In this document: piece by piece, positions 13,601 through 26,944 of the stretch
Layout: each line of letters begins with the position of its first letter
Numbering within the stretch: the stretch's first letter is position 1
Source of the DNA: Trichoplax adhaerens
Taxonomy: Eukaryota; Animalia; Placozoa
Length of the DNA: 64,000 bases
Direction: 5' to 3'
Assembly (NCBI RefSeq): GCF_000150275.1
Contig: NW_002060945.1
Location: 6,272,612 to 6,336,611, forward strand
Notes under the pieces: generated by a model
The model's database searches: none
Seen by the model: the letters and a program-made list of their open reading frames with translations, nothing else
Told to the model about the DNA's origin: nothing
Made by a program: the position numbers and the translations under genes

Positions 13601-14405
13601 AATAGGGGCCAGTGATAATTTAATTGTATCAACAAGTGGTTAGCTTTAGAGTAATCATGATGAGTAAATGAGAAATGATTTTGATCGTTCTACGCAGAAT
13701 ACAAAATAGTTTACGGCAATAATAAAAGTCGATCATAAAATTGGCAAGTTTAATAGGTGAAATGGATCAGAAAAACTACACCCAGATGGTGATCTTACTT
13801 CATAATACGCCATTTTTTCTCTCTAGCTGTAGAAGGAGGCACCAAAACTGACATGGACCAGATGAAAAGGATGAGCTATTTGATACTGATTTAAATTGTC
13901 GATAGGTAAATAAGAATTAATCAAATCAACTTGATGCTTTCATTCTACTCTATATGATAATACAATTCTAATCTTCAACTAATACGAATTGAAAAAGCTA
14001 AACTATATCAAAATATCTTACCGTTCTATTTTAATCCTTATGGTAGCATATGGCAAGTTATTGTCATCTATTGATAAAATGAGAATAACAGTCAGAGTAA
14101 TAAGGCAATTGATTACCAATACTTGACAACCGGCTCATCGATATATTAGAACTAATTTAAAGATATTTGATGAAGCAATACTTACCTAATCGACACTATC
14201 GCTACTATACAGTGTACACTGTAGTGTACAGTCGAAGTGAATTAATCTGAAAGTGTCGAATTTTCGTTTCATTCTACGCTTATTCTTGATCGTAAATTAT
14301 CATCGTTTATGCGATTGAAATCAATTTGTTCATCAATTTCAATGCTTGATGAAGTGAAAAATTTATATCACATCCTTCCTGTTATAATTTTGTAGGTTTT
14401 AGATC

Positions 14406-17400
14406 ATGAAAGGTGGGATTCGCATTGGTCATTTTTTTAGGCGACGTCAGCGGAGGACATCGCCGCTTGAGAGGCCCAATGATGATCCAGATGATCAAAC
14501 CCAAAATAATGAGAGAGATTTAACATGGACCCACGCACAAAGTCAATCAAATGGCCAGCATATTGCCAATCTTGAGCCATCTCCAGATGTGGTTGGCGAA
14601 GAAGACATTCATCAAGGTAAAAAGAAAAAGAAATTTAGCAACCCATTGTATGAAAATTTACTGGCCAAAGGTGTTGTTGGCAAGTATGTCGAAGATGTCG
14701 ATCCAGATCAACAAAATGTAAGTATTTAGAAAAAAATTGTTCTATCTTTATTATCGATTTTTTTTAAGTTCTATCATTCAGAACGACAGAAGATGAAAAC
14801 ATAATTTTTCTGCATATTTTTCATATCTGAGTGCGCAAAGTGACTGATAATAAAATCATTTAGACCTGACAGTTAAAGTACAGAGGTCGAAAATGCAATG
14901 TATTCTTTGCCCCTTCCTTGTAACCAAAGATTAACACTAGAAAACACTTACCGCTAATAGTTAAAATATATTAGCCATCATTTAGACAGCTAGAATATAA
15001 AATGATCGTTTTTATCTCCTAATTCGTAACTGAAAAACTAATATCGAAATCAAGGGGCCTTAATAGTTAAAATAGATTAGCTAGTATTTTAAATACAAAA
15101 GAAAAGGTAAGGATATCCCCTTACTTACGATCTCCGTAAATCAAAGACTTAACATTGGAAAGGTTGATAGTCTTCAATCTCGAATAAAATTAACTTCATA
15201 GAGAAATGCAGATTCAAAAATTTCTACGATCTCTGTAGATAAAAGATTTAATGATTTATAGCCTTAATACTTGAAGTAAATTAGTACATTATGGACACAC
15301 AGAATAAAAAATTACACCTTGTCTCTTTCTTTCATTATAACCAAAAATGAACGTTAGCATTTTTATAACTCCAGTAATTAAGTTGGGTTGCTTAAGCGTT
15401 CTAATATTGGCAATTATTTATGCTTTTCAATTCTCAATCTACCTATCTTTTCAATGAACGTAACTCCCTAGTATTCTTAATTTTGGATCACCGTGAATTG
15501 TTCATTTTATTGATAGCATTTAGTTCTCATACTTTAGTTATTAATAATTTAAAATTTAATTCTATGATATTAGATATTAGGATTAGTGTTAATGAAAGGA
15601 TGTCAGGTATATCGACTCGTATTTAAGTGCGCTATTACTTCTTTTTTCATTAAATATAGACATTTTGTGTTATAACTAAACGAATTGGAAGTTATAATGT
15701 TCATCGTTTCAATGCATTCAAATCGCTACATTTATTCAAGCCGACCAATCCAATACGGAAAGCAGCCATTAAAATTACCACAAATCAATATCCTTTTTAA
15801 AATTATAGTTTACTTATTGAATGAATAGCTCTAAAATTAACAGTGTTATCCTACTGTTTCGGTGTCTTACTGAATATTTAGTGAAAGTAGTACTTAAAAG
15901 AATTTCTTAGGCAGGAAATTTACTGTAATATCAATCATTAGCTGATTGATAATTACAATTTTTAGTTCGGTGCTCGACAATAATTTATAACATACTTATT
16001 TATAGTTCAATATTCAACAATAACTTAAAATATACGATCATCTAGCAAATTATATTTCGATGCTCGTAAAGTAATTTATAAATCTACGTACATCTAGCAA
16101 TTCATAGTTCGATGCTCGAAATAATCTATAGCCTACCAATATCTAACATTTTATGCAGTAGTTTGATATTCCATAATAATTGTATCGTAAGCGTAAACTT
16201 ATAGTTTGCAGCTCGATAACAATTATAATAGAAGCGAATTTAGCAATATGTTGCTAGATAATCATATACTTTAATTCAAAATCTGAAAATCAATAGCGAT
16301 GTATTGATCAGTTCGGTGCTACGATATAATAATATTGAACTATCCATTTATTGACTACAATTAATTTATGTCGATAATTACATATAGGGTTAATTAGCTT
16401 ATACAGACTGATTTAACTATAGTACTATTTTCGTAGACAATAATTTAAAATGGAACTAAGAAGATTTTATGACGAAAAAGGGTTTCAGTAATGGTCAAAA
16501 TCTTTCCTTAACCTTGGCTACATTTTTCGATTTTTTTGTTCTTTTGATAATTTTAAGTAACTGTGTCTTATTAGCGTTTCGTCCTGAAGAAATATCGTCA
16601 TATAATACCATTGAGTAAGTTAATCTTCTTTCTAATTTAGTTAAAATAACTTACTAATGATTGTATTTTCTCATTCTTGGGCTAACGTTTAGAACGCATT
16701 ATTTAAATAGATATATTCTCATCTTGAGATTAATGAAATATTGCTTTAATTTATCTAGGATCGGTTACAATGTGGTTTACACTATTGAAATGACATTAAA
16801 AATTATTGCTCGAGGATTTATTATTCATCGATTCGCTTATTTAAGAGATCCATGGAATTGGCTAGACTTTTTAGTCGTGGTCCTAGGGTATTGAAATGAT
16901 AGAGTTAACAAAATAAAATAACGACTGCAATAATAATCTATTTTTCTTCTCCATTTGTAAGTCAACATTAGAAAAAATAACTTGATCAGTATCTAAAATG
17001 GTGCATCGAATTTTCTATTGAATAGATTTGTCGCCGCTATACCACAGCTAAGTTATATACCTGGAATTGGTGTTGTAAGAGTATTTAGAGCTCTACGAAT
17101 GATTACTGTGATTGATGGTTAGTAATGTAAAAATAGGCTGTTTGCGTTATTGGTTTAGAAACTTATGTTTAGAAATCACATGAAGTAATTTTTTATGAAG
17201 TCTAACGAACGAATTATTTATTTTATTTTTCATCATTTTCCAGGTTTAAAAACAATGGTCAATGCGATGTTGAAAAGTCTAAGGATGTTAACCGATGTTT
17301 TCTATTTAACAATTTTTTTCTTGTGTATATTTGGACTTTTGGGCCTACAAATGTTTATGGGAGTGCTATCGCAAAAATGCTGTTTACCTTATGATTACAA

Positions 17401-20400
17401 TCGATCAGCAATCGATCCAAGCTATCCGTCAACATTACAAAGCTATGTTTTAAATGAAAGTAAGGAAATAACCCAAGATCTACAAAACACTTTTAGTTAA
17501 ATTAAAGATTAAATTACTTTCTGAAAGTAAATATCTATAGTAACAGTAAAAATATAAAAGCATCATTGGCTATCTTATCATATCAAACGAGGAATTAATA
17601 AAGTTAATTAAAGGAAGGCCGTCAGATTTAATACTAACTTGACTACGTTTGGTTTTCTAATATAAAATATGTTATATAACCTACTAATATAGCATTGGCC
17701 AATTGGCTACGAGATGGCGACGATTATATAATTTGTGGCAATAGCTCCACTGCAAGGTTAGATATCTAAATTTAATATAATTGATAAAATTACTTTTGAA
17801 ATCTTTGGCCATTGATGGTAAATATTTCACTTTCAATACCAAGATTATAGTGTTAAATCTACACTGTAATGAAACTGTTGTCTACAGTATATTGATAAAT
17901 AATATCACAAATTATCTATATGCAAGGTTATTATCAATCAAGATATTTAACTTCAATAAATAATGTCACTCATTAAACTATGCAAGACTACCATCTAGTA
18001 GGATATTCTTCTTCAGTATGATATAAGTCTAATCACAATTTTTGGGGGATGAAATAGGAGTTGCAGCAAATACAGCCCAAATCATGTTTGCTACGAAGGA
18101 GCACTACCAAATCCGAATGATGGCTATACCAGTTTCGATAATTTTCCCATCTCTTTATTAAATTCTTTTCAACTAGTTACTATGGATTTTTGGGAAGACC
18201 CATATAATAAGGTAGAGTATAATATACGATAAATTTCAAAAGTCTTAGATTTACAAACTCACTTAAAACTTTACCGGTACCTTCTCTTTTACAATTAATG
18301 TGTGAATAAATTTAGAGTATAGCTAACTTAATTAGAACAAATTTATAATACAGCCTTCGTATGTTTAACAAATTTATCACGACGTCAGTCAATAAAATTA
18401 GAATTGTAATCGACCCTTTTAATCGTATTCTCAATTTCATTTTCTTCATTTTTCAGATTTCTGATGCAGTAGACATTGGTTATGCCTTATTTTTCGTCTT
18501 TGTTATCATCTTGGGATCATTCTATCTGCTAAATTTAGTTATAGCTGTTGTATCTATGGCGTATAATCAAGAAGATCGCCTAATGCATGATCTGGTAAAG
18601 AGATTTAATACAATTATTGATACATGATAGCCTATAGAATCGATTTACAGATACAATTGATTACTATAGTTATTCATATTTGATCGTTATTGAGATCCAA
18701 TTTCTAAACTCTTAATGCTATTCAATATGCTTTAGCTGCTTAATCATAGTAAAATGATGATAGCAACGAAGAAATCATCCGTATTTCCATACTATTCTGA
18801 GAAAGCACCCACATTATGGACACTTCAAAATCCTAGCCAATCCAATATCGAAGAGGGTACGGTTAAAAAAGATGCCATCAGCATTAATACAACAAACACC
18901 GAGAATGATGCAATTAAGAAAAATCAAAGCCTTCAATCATCGCCTAGACGCCTGATGAAAAGAACGAGTTTATATGAAGATGCATTACTGTCTGGTATTA
19001 TGGAAAATAAAGATCTATTACGACGACGATTGATTGAAATTAATCGAGAATGTCCGTTAGATTCGTTACCTTATACCAAATCACAATCGCAAGAGGCATC
19101 GAAGGTATCAGGTAAACAGAATAATCATTCGGATATGGCATCGAATTCATCTGATGGTAGCCTTGATCCGAATCATGGACAATCTAGTCAAGCATCTTCT
19201 AATTCCAGACATGATAATAAGAATGAACGACGAGGTGCAAACAGTATTTCATCGCTAACCTCGACAGAGTTAACTAACGCCTCCTCCTTAAGCAGTAGTA
19301 CTACTATTAAACAGCGAGAATCGTTAGAATTGCAAATTCTTCAGAAAGGTGAACATGATCATTCAGTTGAAGAGAGAGAGGCAGCCATTATTACTGAGAA
19401 TGATGATACAGACAAAAATGATGAAGATCATCATCGTCCAACTCAACGAAAAGCAGCTAAGGATAATGATAGCTTAGATGAACTAATTAACGAATCAACT
19501 CAATTAGCGCTACGTAATATTACAAAATCGTCCACAACAAGTTCTAATCGTGGTAAAAATTTATCCGCAAAAGCAAGCAACGGTAAACGCAAGGAGAGTG
19601 AATCATTGGAAACATCATCAATAAGTCAAGCAGGGTTTTCTCTAAAATCACGCGAAAATAGTCTAATTAGTCTTAATGCTAAGGCCCCAAATAAAGCTAG
19701 AGAATCCATTGGAGGATTTGCTGAGCCAGCTATTGCTGAAGGTAAATTCTAATGGTAAAATAAAGGATCCATTTAAGAATTTAATCTAACCGATGATTGG
19801 TATCCAATTATTTATAATTACGTGTAAACCGATGTTTTGAGATACGTCTGATCTCATTTGCTCATTTCCATTATCCGATAGGATAGCATATTTCTGCACA
19901 GAAATAAGCTAATAAATATTTTATAGTTCATAGGCTTATTTCAAAAATTTCTTCTCATAGTTATAGAAAGGTTCACTTTTGCTACATCAGTATCACAGTC
20001 AACTTTTCTATACGCTTATTACTGGAAAACGATTTAATTTTGTGTATTGATATTGATATTAACGTATTATTAGCTTAGTATTACAGTAAATTATAGATGT
20101 TTCATTTTTGTGCATCTTAGCTTCCAGCTTCTATTTGAGTGAATTCGAATCAGCTACAAATACTATTGGTTTATTGCTTTGTCAATTAGCTACGGTACTA
20201 TATTTTAACCAATATAATATGTTGTTTCGCTCCTGATTATAGTTAATTCAATGTATCTAATAACGAATATTTGGTGCTAATACTTGTGGTGATCTTAATA
20301 TTTATTTTAAATTACCTTCTACGTCATAGCTAAAGAACTTGTCAGCATTGAATCAGAGAATGGTGATCCTGCGATGTCTGATTCAGTTACGGATCCTTCC

Positions 20401-23400
20401 ATTCCACGAGTTGGTAAAGGCCCATGTTGGCAAACATTTCGATCGCCAATCAATAAAATAGTTACCGATCCACTGTTTGACTTGATAATTACGTTTTGCA
20501 TCGCATTAAATACTTTATTTATGGCATTATATCAGCCTAATCCGCGAAATGATCCTGGAAAGGCTAGCCTTAATAACGTCATTCAAATTGCAAATTATGT
20601 AAGTATTATGCTTAGTTTACCATAGCAGTCTCACAACGTTATGCAATAAAAAGGTAGAAAAAAATGATAATATAACCAATTAGTCATAGTATAGTTTTGC
20701 TTCTATTAGACTAAAATTATATAACGATGTCAATACTACGTAGAGGAAGGTCGAAATAACGACGTATAAATTTTCCAAGATAGTGTTTTAAAAGTTAAAT
20801 CGAAACAAAATTACTATCGATTCTACAAAGAATCGGAAGTATCTATAGCAATTTATTTACTCTAGCTTATATAAATTAACTACTACTTAAAATATTTAAA
20901 TGTGATACAAAAAGATATATTGCAATAAATTCTTACTACTAACAAATAAGATTTAGCAATTAGAAACACTTAAGTAGGCAATTTCTTACGCTGTGTTTAC
21001 GTTTATTTGGCAGGTATTTACTGGGATTTTTACCTTGGAAATGGTTCTAAAGTTAATTGCTTTTACTCCATCTGGCTATATTAGTAGTAAATGGAATGTC
21101 TTTGATGGCCTTGTGGTCATTGTAAGTTATTTAGATTTTATATTATCTACTATACTCCAACAAAATCGGGGTTTAGCTGTATTGCGTACATTTCGTTTAT
21201 TGAGAGTTTTTAAATTAGCTCAATCATGGACTGCAATGAGGACATTAGTTCGAGCAATTGTACGTAGTTTATCGGCTATTTTTTATGTCACATTAATCCT
21301 ATTCTTGGTATTATACGTCTTTGCTGTCTTGGGCATGAAGATATTTCGTCAACCTTACCTCAACTATTATAGTACAGTTAATTTCCCTCGCTGGAATTTT
21401 AATACATTTTTCGATTCGTTTATGCTAATCTTTCGTGTCTTATGTGGCGAATGGGTCGAACCATTATATGAAGCAATGCGAGCCACTAATCCAGCTAGTA
21501 TTATCTTTTTCATTTCTGCTTATGTTATTGGTAATTTATTAGTCTTAAATTTGTTCTTAGCCTTATTATTAAGCTCATTTGAAAACGTATCTTTTACGGA
21601 AACTTATGACCAAGATACTATTATTAATAATCGCCGAGCATCACCCATGATTTCAATTGCGTTGCGCTTAGCACAAATTTTAAGGGCAGATAAACTTTAT
21701 TTCTATATGCGAGCTCATTTTGGCTGCTGTAAAAGAGCAGAAGTCGCAGAGATTAATCCACCTAATAAAGAAGATGAGTCATCAGTCATATCACAGAGTA
21801 TTGTCATGGATCCTATCGATTTAGGTTATCCAGGATCATCATTACCCATACAGCAAGGTAAAGTATTTAAATTGGAGCCTATACCTGGTAGAAAGACTAG
21901 CGATGCTCCGTCCAGATCAATCACTGATTTACGCGGCTTTATCATTCCATCTGCTCAAGATTTACAACGGAGTCGAAAAAGTGTACCTAATATCAGTCTT
22001 CAAGGCCACGACTTACGAGGAATGACTCAAGATCTGCGAAATACAACTCGTAGCAAAAATAGCGTACAAACTATACCAATAGAATCTAAAATAGAATTTA
22101 TGGCTGTGAATGCGTCTAATAGAAGTTCGAATAACGAATCAGATTATCCAGTTGATTTACATAATAAAGTTTATGCAACATCGTCAAAAAAGAATAATGG
22201 CCTTCTATCAACGAATAGTAATGGGAAGGCATTGAGTGCATCATGCAATCATTTACCAGTTGGAACGCGGCATCATAGTGGAAGCGGATTGACTTTATGT
22301 CATGTTGGGACTGGAATGGCTAGCAGTGAAAATCTTGATAATGGAATCTCCAATCCTAAAACTTCTCTAATGTCTAAATCAGTCACACAATTAGAATCGA
22401 AAAATGAAACTCGTTTAATTATCGATCGAAGACGTAGTACCCGATCTGTTAATCGAAATCATAGCCATCTTAGTGAAGATGATGACGATTATTACTATCC
22501 AGAACAAGATAGTGATGAATCCGATGATGAAGTTATCATCAGTAGTGATGATAAGCCTTCAAGAGTAGCAACTCCACCATTACGTCGTGGACAGGTTTCT
22601 CGTTCGTCATTTGTAAGGCTCGGCTCGGATGGAGATATCGATGCTAATGAAGATGAGGTAAACTATTTTCAATCTATTTCCAAACGGGTACATATGAATT
22701 CATTTAAAATCCTTGAATATAGGCATATAGTATATAGAACATAATACGTAGTAATTATGTATATATACAGTCTGTAGTATATATGTATGTAGTGTACGGT
22801 CTCATATGTAGAATATAACACAAAATTCCTTTTTTGAGAAATATTCCTATTTCATCGATAGGATTGGTCAGCATCTCGTTGTGAGTCAACAGTCGGTGAT
22901 GCTGAAGAAGCAGCCACTACCACTAATTTACCGGCCCCCTGTTTTCCACGGTTTGTATCCAAATGCTTTCCCGCTTGTCGTTCAGACGAATGGGCAATAA
23001 CAAACTATTGGGTAACAATGAGAATCTATGTTAAACGATTGGTTGAGCATCGAGTTTTCGAAGGAATTATTCTTCTTCTAATATTTGCTAGCAGTGTCAT
23101 CTTGGTAAGTGGTATTAAATTACAGAGGATTGAAATTGATTATGTTTACGATCGAGAATAGATCAATAAATTTATAAATGTGATCGAATAAGTTCAATTT
23201 TGCAATCTTTAATGGAACGAATCTAATTCTAATTTTTATAACATGACTGTTATGGATAGGCTCTAGAAGATGCTTATATCCTTCAACGCCAAGATTTAGC
23301 TCGTGCAATTGAAGCCCTTAATGTCTTCTTTGCGATAGCCTTTACGGTGGAAATGGTCCTGAAATGGATTGGATTAGGTTTTGTTGCTTACTTTACAAAT

Positions 23401-26400
23401 CCATGGAATCTGCTAGATGCATCTATTGTAGCGGTAGGATTATCAGATTACACGTGTAAATATATTGGCATATCAGCTGCATAACACTAATTCAACCTAT
23501 CTTTAATTAGATCTCGTTGGTGACCATTATCCTACGCAATTTAGCAGCTTTTCGATCACTCCGTACGCTAAGAGCATTAAGACCTTTGCGCGCTGTATCT
23601 CATTGGGAAGGCATGAAGGTAGTGGAAATTTTAATCATAGCTAAATGATATTATATGCTAAAATTAGAGATGTAGAAATTTTAATTGTAGCTAAACGATA
23701 TTACATGCTAGGGTTATAAGCGTCAAAAATTTAAATTACAGCTGACCGATGTTATAAGCTAATTCTATTTCCTATTTATGACTACTCGTAGGTGGTAGTG
23801 AATGCTCTCTTTGGTTCAATTCCGTCCATCGCTAATGTAATCTTAGTTGGGGCAATCTTGTGGCTAATATTTGGTATTAGTGGAATGTATATCTTTGGCG
23901 GATTATTTTATAAATGTGAAGATGCTGCCGGAAATCGCATGAATGCAAGCATTATTCCAAATAGGACAGTTTGTTTAGATAATGGCTTAACATGGCAGAA
24001 TTCATTGATTAATTTTGATTCCGTACCGGCGGCATTTTTAGCCCTATTTCAAGTTGTAAGTTTTTACCCTGACTTAATTTATGTACTTGTATACTCGTCT
24101 CAACTGTAATTCAACGCGTATTAGTGCTTATTTTATATCTCTATTTAATATATGTTTATCAGTCTTGAGCTATAAGTTTCTATTATGATTTAATTCATAT
24201 CACCACTAGTCCAATATAAATATTTAGCAAATAAGCATTAGCAAAATATATAAATTTATACAATAGATCTCCATTCACATTTGCTAAAGTTCATAAACTC
24301 TTTCTTAAATAGGCTACATTTGAAGGATGGATGGAAATTATGAGAGATGCGACTGATGCTAAAGGAGTAAGATGGCAATTTTTTATAAATTATATATGAA
24401 GTCAAATTTTCGCCTAAGCGGTACCAAAACTTGAAGAAGCAAAAATTGAAGACAAGCTATTAAATTCTATTCCTCTTATTCGTATACTTTTTAGATTGAT
24501 CTTCAACCAGTCCGACTCTATAACAAGGGGGCATACGTTTATTTCGTTATATTCATCTTTTTTGGCACCTTTTTTACTCTCAATTTGATTGTCAGTGTTA
24601 TCATTGATAATTTTTATAAATTGAAAAGAACAGTAAGTTAGGATTAAGTTGCACGACATTATTATATAAATATGAGTAGTTATAAGTTCAATCTGTTGAA
24701 TATTTCTAGTACGAGAGAAATGCCGCTGGTATACCAACTGATATTTTATTAACCGAAAGCCAGAAGAAATGGTATAAAACTATGCAAAAGTTATCCAAGA
24801 AAAAGCCTACCAAACAAATCCCACCAAGCAGAGTAAGTAGTTTATAGGGCTAAAAACTGTTTCGTCAACAGATTATTTTGTTACCGCTATATTTATTATT
24901 AATTTCATTTATTTTCGATATTTTAATTACTGTTCTTTTTCCCTCATCTTTATTTCTATTTTACAGTACAAATGGCAAAATCATTTGCTAGGTTATGTTC
25001 AGACTCAACGTTTCGATTTATTTATTATGACAATCATATTTGCTAATACAATTACTATGATGGTCAATCATTACCAAGAAGCCAAGGAAGTCTCCGATGC
25101 TTTACATATCCTTTTCTACTAGATTGTATAAAATCAGCTAGAAATACGCCATTATTAAACTATAACTAGCTGCTTAGGGCTAATTTATGCAGTAGAGTAA
25201 GTTGTAAGATTTATTAAAACGGGATACTAACTTGAGTACTACATTTACCAATAAAAGTATGAGATCTGTTTACATTCTATAAATTTTAAGATTAATGTAT
25301 AATGATATAGATTAATCTTATTCTTCTTAACCAAAGTCGTGGCTTTTCATTTATTTTGCCCGGCAAACACGAATCATAGACATTATCTTCACTTCCATTT
25401 ATACCCTTGAAGCCATTTTGAAAATTCTGGCCATGAGACGATATTACTTTAATATTCCGTGGAATGTATTTGATTTTTGTATTGTCATCTTATCAATTAT
25501 TGGTAAGTGCTAGTTTATAGATAAAAACTTCTATTTCTGCAATGGAATATTAAAATTATATGATTTAAGATCTAAGACGATATCAGCGTTACAATAATTT
25601 CAAAGGAAATCATTAATCTTCATTTCTAATCAAAAGAAATTTAATAGCGAAGATTTAGAATAGTCCATTTCGATAGCAAAACTCGAATATTATACTTAGA
25701 AGTTGATTATTAAATTACATCAAATCTATTTTTACCTCTGATTGTGGAAGGTTAATGTACGAGTATAGCAAGGTTGAATTACTGTAGCGATAGATAGATG
25801 GATAGTTTACAGTATTAGCTTAATATTTCTACCTATAGTATATATAATATATGTACACCTTGTTGTGTGGTTAATAGTCATAGAATTGAAATCTTTGGTT
25901 AATTGTTGTTTAATAGGTTTGGTTTTAGATATCATTGCGCAAACCAATAGCATTCCAATTAGTCCTAGTGTATTGCGTGTTTTACGGGTTTTTAGAATAA
26001 CGCGAGTTTTAAGATTAATTGAAGTGGCTAAAGGTGTTCGGCGATTGTTAATGTCGCTAGCAATGTCCCTACCAGCATTACTTAATATTGGTTGCCTCCT
26101 CTTCTTGGTTATGTTTATTTATGCTATCATTGGTATGTCGTTATTTGGTAGCATGGTTCATCATGGCACCATCACTGATACAATCAATTTTGAGACCTTT
26201 CCCAATGCTATGGCGCTACTCTTTCGATTAATGACAGCAGCTGGTTGGAATGATGTCCTCGATTCTTTAATGACAGATGGGCCTAACTGTAATGCATCGT
26301 TAACTAATCTAGCACCTACTGGAACATGTGGCAATCCTGGTGCAGCAATACCATATATGGTGACATTCGTATTTATAACATTTTTAGTCTTGGTCAATAT

Positions 26401-26944
26401 GTATGTCGCTATCATCTTAAACAATTATCAGGAAGTAGTAGAAGACGAGGAAATTGGTATTACAACCGGTGATATCGACATGTATTACGAGCTATGGTCC
26501 AAGTATGATCCATATGCAACCCAATTTATCGATTACCATTTCTTGTCACAATTTGTAGCTGATTTGAATCCACCACTCAAGATACCACAACCGAATAAAT
26601 ATGCTTGTGTTGCTCTAAATCTACCGTTATATGATGAAGATCGATTGCATTGTTTAGATATATTGGAAGGTTTATTATTTCGTGTTCTAGGTAATCCATT
26701 TGAAGAAGGGACTCAAGCAGTTGAAGAATTTTTTATTTTAAAAAGGCAAATGGAGAAAAAATTTGCTGAAGCTTTTCCAAACTGGAGAGCAGATAGTGCT
26801 AATCGTAATGCTAGAACAACCATGCAATTAAGTCGTGAAAATTGGGCGGCTAAAGTTATTCAACGCGCCTATCGCCAATGGAAATATCGATCAGATATCC
26901 ATAAGGCAACTTATCGACATGTTCATTCTCGCAGGCGTCATTAA
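14406..26944 (+). CDS. Four-domain voltage-gated Nav2-type channel alpha subunit, paralog A, filter DEEA, 22 coding exons
   Basis: Approx. exons 14406-14717, 15660-15787, 16522-16614, 16759-16887, 17026-17117, 17244-17459, 17692-17756, 18058-18211, 18458-18594, 18736-19741, 20330-20598, 21014-22657, 22862-23104, 23260-23433, 23511-23618, 23792-24055, 24313-24366, 24495-24632, 24710-24832, 24967-25105, 25371-25502, 25917-26944. P-loops TMDFWE / CGEWVE / TFEGWME / TAAGWND; four S4 segments; III-IV linker [12 protein letters not shown]; C-terminal EF-hand-like region and IQ motif (IQRAYR). Confidence 0.95.
15788..16521 (+). other. U12-type AT-AC intron before DI-S1, paralog A
   Basis: 5' ATATCCTTT; branch TTCCTTAAC at 16504-16512; ends TAC. 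Splicing gives [11 protein letters not shown] in frame. Confidence 0.93.
15950..16450. repeat. Degenerate ~50 bp minisatellite inside the U12 intron of paralog A
   Basis: Repeated TAGTTCG(G/A)TGCTCGA.AATAATTTATA...ATCTAGCAA-like units. Confidence 0.65.
25106..25370 (+). other. U12-type AT-AC intron at DIV S1-S2, paralog A
   Basis: 5' ATATCCTTTT; branch-like TTCTTAAC at 25324-25331; ends CAC. Splicing gives [21 protein letters not shown]. Confidence 0.85.

Noticed and set aside
13827-13905. Possible non-coding 5' exon of paralog A containing a 13-codon uORF
   Set aside because: Supported only by generic AG/GT signals; cannot be called without transcript data
23276-23283. ATATCCTT U12-donor-like motif inside a paralog A exon (another lies in a B intron at ~44713)
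   Set aside because: The frame continues through conserved DIII S2 and no matching branch/acceptor is needed; likely chance in AT-rich DNA
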